Shown here piece by piece: positions 52,490 through 64,000 of a DNA stretch of 64,000 bases; within the stretch, counting starts at the first letter, position 1; the number at the start of each line of letters is the position of its first letter. The translations under genes and the position numbers were made by a program. Source of the DNA: Eledone cirrhosa (taxonomy: Eukaryota); assembly GCA_964016885.1 (NCBI GenBank), contig OZ024744.1:70432001-70496000 (forward strand). The letters are read 5' to 3'. The notes below the pieces were generated by a model, which worked only from the letters and a program-made list of their open reading frames with translations, was not told the origin of the DNA and ran no database searches.

Positions 52490-53019
52490 TTACGCGTATA
52501 CATGAAACTATATACTAAATGTGTATATACAATAAACAGATGAGAGCCTCGCTACCGAAAACAATAAATTATTTTTCTCTATTTTGCTGTGTGAGCATAT
52601 CACAGATATCACAGTTGCCGTTGAGAAAATCGGACAGCTGTTTCAAGATTCGTTAATCTCTCATCTGTAACATTTACTCAGATGAAAATAGTGAGATGAA
52701 AATAGACTGGAGCCTATATAGATTTTATGTACTGAACATTTGTTGGCGATGTCCATTTGCATATAGCAAATAGAAAATATCGGCTGAAATGTTTATTTGC
52801 ATATCATGCACACTTGGTTGGTTATAATTAATTGGCATTAGAGCACTAAGATTGCGTTAAACATAATAGGGATGTATATGAAAACATATACTGTATGTTT
52901 ACATGCAATGGAAATGAAGTGCGTTTTTATAATGTGACTCTTTCTTCCGAAAGAAGGGGACCAAAGGACAACATATTACAATTTATACAACAGCATATTA
53001 GTTTAATGCTTAAAAGAAG

Positions 53020-53740
53020 TAATGAAAGTGTCAAAATGTTTCGGACACAACTCCTTCGTCGAAAATGAAAACACTAAATGGAGTGTGAAATGTTTTAGAA
53101 AGAGATGATAAAAGAAAACAACTAAGAAAAAAGTTAAATATCAGCCATGTTAGAAAAAGAAAATCAGAGAGAAGTTGAAAAACTTCAGTCAGGTTGGAAG
53201 TGGAGAGAAAAGAGGAGAGATGTGGAAGGTAGAAATATATGCGTGTGCACCTATTGGTCAGTTATGTGGGGGTATTTAGTGTGCATTCAATATACCCAAC
53301 GATAATCTAAGCTGCTCTTAGAGAATTAAAGAGAACTGTCCATTTCAACAGAGATGTAATATCGAATCCGTTATGTATGAGGCAGAGATTACACACAACG
53401 CCACAAATTCTGAAGTTAGCGAAAGATACGTCGATATGGTGCAAGATCGTTTTAAACAACGTTTTTACTTGCATCTCTACTCCTTCGGGAATCCTCATAT
53501 GACAACCAAGACAGCCCTAGGATACAAAGTCTAGCAATTAAGAAAGAAAGGAGTCCCACAAGATATCTTGGAAGGTAGTTGAAAGATCCAGACCTTAGAC
53601 CAATGGTGCCAAGAGATGTCGTCTCTGTCTTAGTGAGAATTTGAGAATATTACAAATAATTATTTGACCTAAAAAAAAACGAAATTTTTAGAGGATGCCT
53701 CCATCTCAAAAGTCAACTGTTTACTAAGTGGAAATACTCA
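53020..53740 (+). mobile_element. Degraded PLE GIY-YIG fragment
   Basis: KENCPFQQRCNIESVMYEAEI..RYVDMVQDRFKQRF aligns by eye to the 44412 ORF; degenerate inverted HHR core at about 53030-53062. Confidence 0.75.
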
Positions 53741-54242
53741 ACAAATTCAAATGATTTTCAACCACCTTAATTTGACTTATATACTTTCTTAATATTTTTT
53801 CTTTCTCTTTCTTTTTCCACACTTACATAATACCTTCTATACTACTCTGCTCCATACCTTAATAGATATTATCATCTCTATATTACATTCCATCACACAA
53901 TATTGTACTTCTGCTACAGCCCACAAATACTAACACGTGTACGACTTTAATATTACAACTTTACTATTTCAAATTTACATCTTCGAGATATTTTCTTTGT
54001 TATAATACGTTTTTCGTAAACTAGCATTTTTCGCACGCTATACTTTTAACGGTATCTTCAAAGCTCATCTAAGTACCTGAAGATTAGGTCACAATTTTGA
54101 TCCCTCTTACATTCAGGAGATATGGTTAATATTGGGCCTTGAAACCTTAGGTAGCGCTTTTCTTCTGTGCATGAACATAAATAAAGAATATATAATATAA
54201 TATATAATATAACATATGATACATATGTATGATATAATATAA

Positions 54243-54565
54243 TCATTGTTTATACTTTTGGCACAAGGCCAGCAATTACTCAGTACATTACTGGTACTTT
54301 ATTTTATCGATCCCGTAAAGATGAAAGGCAAAGTTGACCTCGGCAGGATTGATATAATATAATTGATATAATGTAATAATTGTTTCTACTTTAGGCACAA
54401 GGCCAGCAATTACCCAGTGCATTACTGGTACTTTATTTTATCGACCCTGTAAGGATGAAAGGCAAAGTCAACCTCGGCGGGATTTGAACTCAGATCGTAA
54501 AGGGACGTAACTATGCTGGAAAGCATGGCGTCCGACCTTCTACCGATACTGCCAATCCACCGCCC
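54243..54565 (-). mobile_element. Two tandem tRNA-SINE copies
   Basis: Match the SINE consensus; a full + copy with A box TGGCAGTATCGG is also at 55720-55907. Confidence 0.9.
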
Positions 54566-54690
54566 TTCTATAATGTAATAATAATATTATATATATAGTG
54601 TGTGTTCAGTTTACGAAGTCAATAAATGTCAGAATCCTTTGTTTGTCTGTCCGGATAAGATAAACACAGCCGTGTACTATTGTGTTTAAA

Positions 54691-54785
<95 letters not shown>

Positions 54786-55929
54786 CAAATTATCGCTGCT
54801 TCAATTTTCATTATGTGAATTATGCGTTACAAGGTAATCACAACTGTTATTTGCTTATCACGAACAATTTTTATGCACCTGTTTAAAATATCGTAACACC
54901 GTTTGGAACAAATATCAATTTCTTTTCCTGACAGGAAGTATGCTGCAGTTATTTCCCTTGAGTTGAATCTTCTATTAAAACATGATATCAGAACCTTCAA
55001 TTAAATAGTACGATGAAAGAGGATAAAAATTAAAAAAAATAAGATAATAATTCCTTCACTTAACATGCTGGCTTAAGTTTAAAAGTTTATTTTTATTTTT
55101 ATTTGTTCTGTTTTCTATTTGTTTTTTGTTTAGTTTGTCTGATTTTTTTTTTAATGTTTAGTTTAAACTATAATTGTAACTGCAGAATAATAAATTTAAA
55201 CGGATTATTCTATCTGATAGCTAGTGAATACCATAAGATAGATATAAAGGATTTACTTTTACATAACTAAATTTAAAATTCAATTGTAGCTGCAGAAAAA
55301 GTTGTTAGTAGTTTTCTGTATCTGATAGAAGGGAAATTTTTAAATCTATATGAAAAATATATTCTAGTGTATTAGTATTCTTACATTAAAAATAAAGGTG
55401 TTCACAGTTAGCTTGTAAAGCAATATTATAAGGTTCACAATGGAAAGAAAGAAAGAATAGTGAAATAAATATAAGTGATATAGTTGGCTTTTGGGACCTA
55501 CTATATTTAGCACACTTTAGTTGAACTGGAGTTGTAGTCGGGTTTCTGAATTTCAATAAAACGTTTCTGAAAATAGCGGCTTGATATAAAATATTCTAAA
55601 TGTTTTTGTACTTCCCCACGTTCTGGTCTTTTCTGCTGTATATGATGGTCAACTTGTTCCATTAGTATATGATCTGTATTTTTCTCCATACTATATTATA
55701 TTATATTATAATTTTAACAAGGGCGGTGAATTGGCAGTATCGGTAGAGGGTAGGATATGCTTTCCAGCATAGTTACGTCCCTTTACGATCTGAGTTCAAT
55801 TCCCGCCGAGGTTTACTTTGCCTTTCATCCTTACGGGGTCGATAAAATAAAGTACCAGTAATGTACTGGGATAATTGCTGGCCTTGTGCCAAAAGTAGAA
55901 ACAATTATAATTTTGTTGTTTTCATGAGC

Positions 55930-56800
55930 ATACGTGCTTGGACCATACTGCAATGGATGTTTTTACTAGTCTCTGGAGGAAGCAATGTGGTTTGCGTTCC
56001 TTAATTTAAAGTTTCTTCCGTCATTCCGATACATGTTTAGTGTCGGTTACGCCCTTCTTATCTGTAAATCTTATTTCCGTGGGGTCATGTACCTGCTTCT
56101 TTATTTCTGTATCCGTATGTCTCGATTTTATGGGTAGTTTGGTTTCTGAGTAATTATGCTTTTGATATTTCATGAGTTACTATAAGCCACTTTTAAACTG
56201 TTTCTACTAAAGGTATTTCTTTAACGATGTTCTCTTGAGAAGTACTTATCTATTAATGCCATGAATCCTTTACCTGTATTAATCATTCCACTGGTGAGTG
56301 TATATCCTTATCATATCTTTGAATCCACTATTTCATACAGTACTGTTATAATAAGGTACTACTCTATCAAAAATCTCTCTGATAGAAGAATAGTTAAAGA
56401 TTCTTGTGCTAATATTATTTATGAAATTTTTCAATACGATAAGTGGGTGGCAGTAATTTGTGTTAATGTGTTTAAATATACAGTTCCGTTTATTGAAAGA
56501 TTTTAATATATTATTGTATAAATTCAAGGCGATATCTAAGAAAATAGTTATTTAAAGATAGGATTAGTGTAAAATAGTAATTTTAAGTCCTTGTTTAATG
56601 AAATTATCCCAGACATCTCTTTTGAGTTCATCTAAAATGTAACCGTTTGCATATGGAGATATTGTGAAGCCGCCGTCTTTTTATAAACCACCGGTGGTGT
56701 TGTGTAATCTTTCTTTTAGAACACTAAATATATACAGACCATATTGTGCATATTTACGATATGCTATCCTATACTCACGTAAAAATTGTTTGTAAGTCGC
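55930..56800 (-). mobile_element. Highly degraded PLE RT remnant
   Basis: Minus strand GGL.KDGG (YRDDG-like) at ~56680, FLDIALNL at ~56530, NYCHPLIVLKNFINNISTRI..IFDRVVPYYN matching the 44412 ORF. Confidence 0.7.
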
Positions 56801-57295
56801 AATTTCTACTAAGTTGGAGTCTTCGTCATATAGTAAAAAAAAAAACTGTGCGCTATTAGTGCTGCTATGACGCTCTGTATGTGATTGTGCACGCATGTGT
56901 GTGTGTAATTGTGTGGGGGGGGGGGGGGGGGTATGTGTGCGTGTATATAATGTGTAGGTCTATGAGTTCATTACAAAGAATAAATATTTAAATATTTTAA
57001 CATCTTTATTGACAATAACAATAATAACGATTTCTTACATAAGCACAAGACCAAGATATTTCAATAGATACTGACTGATATGTAATCTTTCGATGTCATT
57101 AATTGTGTGCCCAGATCTCTTTTCAATGACGCTAAAGAATTTGAGACGCGAACGTTTATAATTCTGATTCCTAGATTTGGAGACATTCAAACATTATGAC
57201 GGTTCATTTAAACATCAATATTTTTTGTTAATATTTATTTTACCTATTTCTTTCAAAATATTAAAATTTCGACAGTTATTCCTCCTTTACTTTGG

Positions 57296-58205
57296 CTAGC
57301 AGAAGAAACGCCCACCGGGTGGTTTTCTGCTCGCATATGTAATGTGCATATTGATATTGTTGACATTTAGATGAGAAATGTTTTCGGCGCCCCATGTTCA
57401 CTGTCTCTCGGTGTGTCTTTCATGCATATATAAATATATATGTTATCCCTACGGTGAAATCTTAGAAATAAGTATATGTTAAAACGAAAAAGGAGAAAAA
57501 GAGATGAGTGACGGTAATATAAACGTTATGATACATAAACGCTATGATATAACGATGGAAATAGAAACGTTTATATATAATGATATAGAAGCATTGTGAT
57601 ATACCAATGAAAATATAGCGATGAAAATGTATATAAACGGCATTACGGCAAAATGTTTTGATATGAACGCTAACGGAGGTCGATATTTGAAAGTTTTAAC
57701 AGAAGTGAATCTTGAAATAAGTAATAAATTATATATAAGATTATTTATGTTTAATCAAGAGCTAAGAAATTTAGTAGATACATTACATAATATACATTCA
57801 TGATTTATTCAAAGTAATCCAACTTATTTTCATAACGTGTTGCAAAATAATTGATTCTACTATTGGCACAAGGCCAGCAATTAACCAGTACATTACTGGT
57901 ACTTTATTTTATCGACCCTGTAAGGGATTTGAACTCAGAATGACAAGGGCCGTAACTCTATGCGTCAAAGCATGGCGTCCGACCCTCTACCGATACTGCC
58001 AATTCACCGTCCAACGTGTTGTAAAATAATTGTTTCTACGTTAGGCACAAGGCCAGCAATTACCCAGTGTATTACTGGTACTTTATTTTATCGACCCCGT
58101 AAGGATGAAAGGCAAAGTTAACCTCGGCGGGATTTGAACTCAGAATGTGTTGTAAAATAATAAATTGGACACAGTCTCGCAGTTCTCCAATCATTATATT
58201 TGAGA
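57296..58205 (-). mobile_element. Helitron-like copy with two nested SINEs (57847-58010, 58026-58147)
   Basis: Same terminal hairpin/CTAG and TTGGATTACTTTGAATAAA block as 47346-47837. Confidence 0.65.
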
Positions 58206-58485
58206 TTGGCAGTGGATTGTCAGTATCGGTAGAGGGTCAGACGCCATGCTTTACAGCATAGGGTTACGGCCCTTGCCATTCTGAGTTCAAATCCTGCCGA
58301 GGTTAAATATGCCTTTCATCCTTACGGGGTCGATAAAATAAAGTACCAGTAATGTACTGAGATAATTGCTGGCCTTGTGCCAAAAGGTAGAAACAATTAT
58401 ATATGAGATTGTTTTCATTCAATTTGGTTTGTGTTAATATGCTTTTGATAAATTTGTTTTAGACATATGTCCCTAGACCCGTGTG

Positions 58486-58556
<71 letters not shown>

Positions 58557-58670
58557 GTATGTATCATTTTTTATTCTTTTCTCAGTTTCAGAAGATCCCG
58601 TAAAAGGGTGAAAGCATCGATTCTTTGCTTAAACTTTAATCTGTACTAATAATAAATAGTTGCTCTACAG

Positions 58671-58702
<32 letters not shown>

Positions 58703-58747
58703 ATCCTTATCGAGCCCTCTTTGGATTATTATCTTCACAATTATTAT

Positions 58748-58840
<93 letters not shown>

Positions 58841-59563
58841 GGAGTAATAATAATGGGTTTTTTATATAAGCAATTTGGGGGAAAGGGAAAGTCGATTAAA
58901 TCGACCCCAGTGCATTACTGGTACTTTATCTTATCGACCCCGTAAGGATGAAAGACAAAGTTAACTTTGGCGGGATTTAAACACAGAACGGGAAGACCCG
59001 TAACTCTATGCCACGAAGCATGTTGCCCGATACTGCCAATCCACCGCCCTAGGGGGAGTAATAATGATAATAATAATAATTGTTACTACTTTAGGCACAA
59101 GGCCAGCAATTACCCAGTGTATTACTGGTACTTTATTTCATCGACCCCGTAAGGATGAAAGGCCAAGTTAACCTCAGCAGGATTTGAACTCAGATCGTAA
59201 AGGGACGTAACTATGCTGGTGTCTGACCCTCTACCGATACTGCCAAAATAATTGTTTCTACGTTTGGCACAAGGCCAGCAATTACCCAATGCATTACTGG
59301 TACTTTATTTTATCGACCCCGTAAGGATGAAAGGCAAAGTCAACCTCGGCAGGATTTGAACTCATTCATACTAATAATTGTTTCTACTTTAGGCACAAGG
59401 CCAGCAATTACCCAGTGCATTACTGGTACTTTATTTTATCGACCCCGTAAGGATGAAAGGCAAAGTCAACCTCGGCGGGATTTGAACTCAGATCGTAAAG
59501 GGACGTAACTATGCTAGAAAGCATGGCGTCCGACCCTCTACCGATACTGCCAATCCACCGCCC
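58205..59563. mobile_element. SINE cluster: one + copy (58205-58398) and four head-to-tail - copies (58868-59563), plus a family E element (58584-58750)
   Basis: Repeated SINE consensus. Confidence 0.9.
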
Positions 59564-59899
59564 ATCCATACTAATAATGATATATATATATAGGGTTTTG
59601 CTGGAAAGCTACTATAATGTGAATTGGACGGTAACTGTTAAAAACATGATAACAATGATGTTGGGATGTTACTTTCCAGTTCTTCACAGGTCCTTATATT
59701 TTGTGATAACATCCTTTTATCAAAAGATTTATAGAAGAAATGAGCTGTGTATTTTTAGTCGCTGATAAGATTCCATTTTGGGAAATATGAAAGTTGTGTT
59801 TTTTTTTCATTCAACGCTGGAAGTAATAAATGGATCATATGACATGTGATCTAAGCAATGCTCTGATCTAAGTTATTCATGTATCATGTTTTTAATGAA

Positions 59900-60375
59900 G
59901 TGTAGTGTGGTACTGACTGACTGTATTGGCGACTGGATGTTGAGTTCTAGTCTGATGTTACTATAATTATATATTCTTTTATTCTGAGATTGCCAGTATT
60001 CCTATCCGTGGCTTTGATAGTGACTGTATATCTTTATTTATGTTCTTGTACTTATCCATGTGTTTCTTGAAGGAGATTCATGTGTGTTGAGGTGTTCTTT
60101 GATATGGGTGTGTAGCGATTTTATAGTACTGCTGGTATATAATTCGCCGCATTTAGCCAATTGGATATGGTATACCACGTATACCTGTGGGCACATGTTC
60201 TTGATGCAGATTTTTCGTATCTCCATATTAGTTCTTTGTGCTTAGTTGAGAACAATAGCGTTTCTAAATTCCTGTGTCTATTAACGTTTCGAGTTCTTCA
60301 CAGTATCATCTTCTTAATCCGAATAATCATATTGTCCACATGCGTATCTTGGTCATAAATAATCTTTGGAGCGCG
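59900..60375 (-). mobile_element. PLE GIY-YIG remnant
   Basis: VVYHIQLAKCGELYTSSTIKSLHTHIKEH, a degenerate VVY..YIG.T.R.L..R.KEH motif. Confidence 0.75.
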
Positions 60376-60413
60376 TCTACTTTAAAAAAAAAACCGTTTT
60401 GTATAAAAAGCTT

Positions 60414-60530
<117 letters not shown>

Positions 60531-60802
60531 GTATGTGTGTGTGTGTGTGTCTGTGTGTGTAAGTGTGTGTTATTATACGTCCGTAAATAATCATTTAAAC
60601 GAGGCTATAAGTTTAAAATGTAACTATGAAGAAACAATAGACAAATGACAGACTATTTTCCGCGAGCAACAGTCAGATAAAATGTACTAGTCATTCCTTT
60701 TAGCCCGTAGAAATTAACTAGACAAATAATCAATTAAACGGAGTTAGGTCTAAAATATAAGTTAGAAGAAAAAAAGCATATAAACTTTACCAAAATTCCT
60801 CT

Positions 60803-60890
60803 AGTCCCGACCGTCGACAGTTTCGCTCGCACTCTGTGGATATATCCGATCCTCGTATTATCCATGAAGCTTCGAGCTTATCAAGAGACT
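60803..60890 (-). ncRNA. Type I hammerhead with U3-A8 core variant and extended stem II
   Basis: AGTCTC-TTGATAA-GCTCG...CGAGC-GAAA-CTG-TCGA-CGG-TC-GGGACT. Confidence 0.8.
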
Positions 60891-61203
60891 CCTCAAATTT
60901 GGACTAAAATTTCTACAGTGATCACCGCCAGAAGTGAATTCAAAAATGGCTAAGAATCATCACGTGGCTAGTGGTCAAATTAGAAGGTTGTGAATGGTGG
61001 TCAGGCGGCAAGTAGGCTGGTTGCTAGATAGCGCAGCCAGATACTGCCTAGAGTGTTACTCTACCGTACGGGAGTATATATTAAATTCATAGGGTTATAT
61101 GTATATATTTAGACATAGTCACAGATACATATATGAGTGTGGCTACCTTTCACGGTGTGGCTCAATGAAAATTTAATTAAGCAAATAATTATTAATCAGA
61201 GCT

Positions 61204-61562
<359 letters not shown>

Positions 61563-62143
61563 CGGAGGAATTTACATTTAACAAACAAACACCTATTGAC
61601 TATAAACGAATTAAAATAATCCCATGGTTAATAGCTGTGAGTAACAAACAACACATGCACATAAATACGAACTACAACACAAAAACAATTAAATGAAAAT
61701 CACATACCCAACTCTATCTAGTGCTTTGCATTACACCTTACATAACAAATACCTACATTATCACAACATGCCTCTAACAAATTGCACACTATCTTAAATG
61801 TTTATAACAAATATAACATGCTTTAACACCCCACACAAAATATGTTTATTTCAACTGCATTATTACTCTTTCCTCAAACATGCCTATTGACTGTATTGAC
61901 TCCTGCATTGTACACCAATTGTCCTTGTTTATAACTTCTTTGCTTGTGATTTTTTTGCTTGTGCTTTTTACTTTTACATATACCTCTTACACTTCCAACC
62001 AGTGGTGCCTGTAATTGTGTTATTTCAAGCGGAACATCTTTTTAACTCCTGAATCTCCACATGATGTCTTTGACACTAATAACAACTATGTACCCTAAAT
62101 GTTCTAAATGACTAGGATTCTAGTTACACGTTTTCGACATTCC

Positions 62144-62198
62144 TTATGCTCCGATGATTCCAGACTTCCCTCTGGAAGAAACAATTGTCAGCTAATAA
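62144..62198 (+). ncRNA. Minimal hammerhead motif with U4>C
   Basis: GCT-CCGATGA-TTCCAGA-cttccc-TCTGGAA-GAAA-C-AATT-GTC-AGC, followed by AATAAA. Confidence 0.7.
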
Positions 62199-62364
62199 AT
62201 GTTCGAAACTAAAATTTGATCGTTTTAACACTTTGTATCTCGGCTCTGTAAAACACTTGAAAATTTGCATTGAGCCTTTTGTCATACCGGTAACCGGCTA
62301 GTACTTAGTACTACCCTACATATTTATAGTTGTATCAAACATATATAAATATAAATATAAATAT

Positions 62365-62441
<77 letters not shown>

Positions 62442-62443
<2 letters not shown>

Positions 62444-62520
62444 TTCCATTACCCAAGCAAGGTTTCTCGAAGTCAAACGATTCTAACAGAAACGTTTGAT
62501 TTCGTTCATCAGATGAAATA
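62442..62520 (-). ncRNA. Complete type I hammerhead with long stem II
   Basis: TATTTCAT-CTGATGA-aCGAAaTCAAACG..CGTTTGAcTTCGa-GAAA-CC-ttgcttg-GG-TA-ATGGAATA; adjoining hairpin 62513-62546. Confidence 0.82.
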
Positions 62521-62666
62521 TCTTTATCATAATAAAGATATTTCATAATGGAATATTACGTAATGAAATAATTATATTGTATGTTTTATTATGTAATTGA
62601 ATAGCTCTGTATTATACATAGAGCACTCTTTTTTTCCTTTACCTTTTCTACGGAAATACTTAACAC

Positions 62667-62741
<75 letters not shown>

Positions 62742-63098
62742 TTTGTGTGAGAGAGAGATAGAGAGAGAGAGTGTGTGCGTGTGTACGGATGTGCATGTAT
62801 GCATGTGTGTGTGTGTGTATGCATGTGTGTGCATGTATCAGTATATGTGCATGTATGTGCGAATTAAGTTCGAATATGACGGCAATGACGAGGAAAGTTA
62901 ATGATTTTAGATTTCAGTACAAGGCCAGCAAATTGATACAAGGAGAAATCTGATTATATTGACCTCAGAAATTTAACTGGTACTTTATCTTATCGGCCCC
63001 AGGAGGGTAATTTGACTACGCCTGGATTTAAACTCAGAGCGTAAATAGCAAGAAAAGTAATATTGTCAGAAAGCCAGTAATTCGGGGGAAATAGAAAA

Positions 63099-63842
63099 TC
63101 TAAACTATAATAATTGTTTCTACTTTTGGCATAAGGCCAGCAATTATCCTAGTATATTACTGGTACTTTATTTTATCGACCCCGTAAGGATGAAAGGCAA
63201 AGTTAACCTCGGCGGGATAAACTATAATAAAGGAAGGTCTGCGAGATTGCATATGGTTTATATTTTTTTTATCCCGTTTGTAAAATAAGTTGGATTACTT
63301 TGAATAAATAATGAATGAATATTACATAATTTATCTACTCAATTTCGTAAACAAAATTAATTTCGTAAAAATAAATAATTTCAAATTGACTTCTTTTCAA
63401 AGTTGCACTTCCGGTATATCGTCGCCACCACCCCCATTTCAACTACCATATATATAGAAAGAGAGAGTGTGTGATGAAAGAGATAGAGAGATTATGACTT
63501 TCTACACGCTGACGCGTATGATTGTGCACATACATACATCTATATGTATGAGTATATAACTATTATGAGTATATAACTTTAATCGAGCAAACACAAACTT
63601 ATAAAAATACACTCTCACAGACATAATTCACACAAATACACATACTTTCACACAAATATACATACATTCACACATACTTTTACACAAACATACATACATT
63701 CACACATACTTTCACACAAATATACATACATTCATACAAACATATATTCACACACACTTTCACACAAATACACATACATTCACACATATACATTTACACA
63801 AACACACACATACAGTCATGATAGCGTTCGGTGTAATTGGAA
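63099..63842 (+). mobile_element. Helitron-like copy with a SINE inserted near its 5' end (about 63110-63217)
   Basis: Co-linear with 46391-47285; TAAACTATAATAA duplicated around the SINE. Confidence 0.7.
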
Positions 63843-64000
63843 ACTCATTTAATATAATGGTTACAGAATGAAAACAAATATAAAATATACAAAGGAAAGG
63901 GAAAGGAAAAAAGAAAGAGAAAAAATACACAAGCACTAATACACACATCTTAGACCCCCTAGAACAAAATGCAGACGAAAGGGGTGGAAAAACGAGCCGC

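Noticed and set aside
55720-55810. SINE heads as tRNA genes
   Set aside because: A/B boxes are present but no cloverleaf forms, and they are always fused to the SINE body.
59755-59800. CTGATAA...GAAA as a hammerhead
   Set aside because: G8 is lost without compensation and I could not form stems I and III.

Overview
AT-rich animal genomic DNA saturated with microsatellites ((TA)n, (CA)n, (TATG)n, (GATA)n, (GA)n). The SINE content suggests an octopus-type cephalopod (inference). The only host gene visible is one large coding exon of Pax1/9 (36143-36993, +; paired domain plus HSVSDILG octapeptide). The rest is mobile DNA: a 5'-truncated RTE LINE with three C-terminal C2H2 fingers, a near full-length but frameshifted Tx1/L1-clade LINE inside (GATA)n, a Penelope-like element (PLE: RT + GIY-YIG) with inverted pseudo-LTRs, several PLE and RTE remnants, more than 20 tRNA-derived SINEs, hAT and other MITEs, and Helitron-like elements. 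The most striking unannotated signal is a dense and diverse set of hammerhead-ribozyme (HHR) motifs: about 20 complete, degenerate or half cores, including U3-A8 and U4A core variants. Many sit in short fold-back elements inserted into (TA)n tracts that share an 11-nt GTACTCAATAC tail motif. One locus (40791-41378) has two direct HHR-like repeats flanking a rod-folding 531-nt unit, reminiscent of a retrozyme/circular-RNA element. All folds were paired by eye; nothing was computed or searched.
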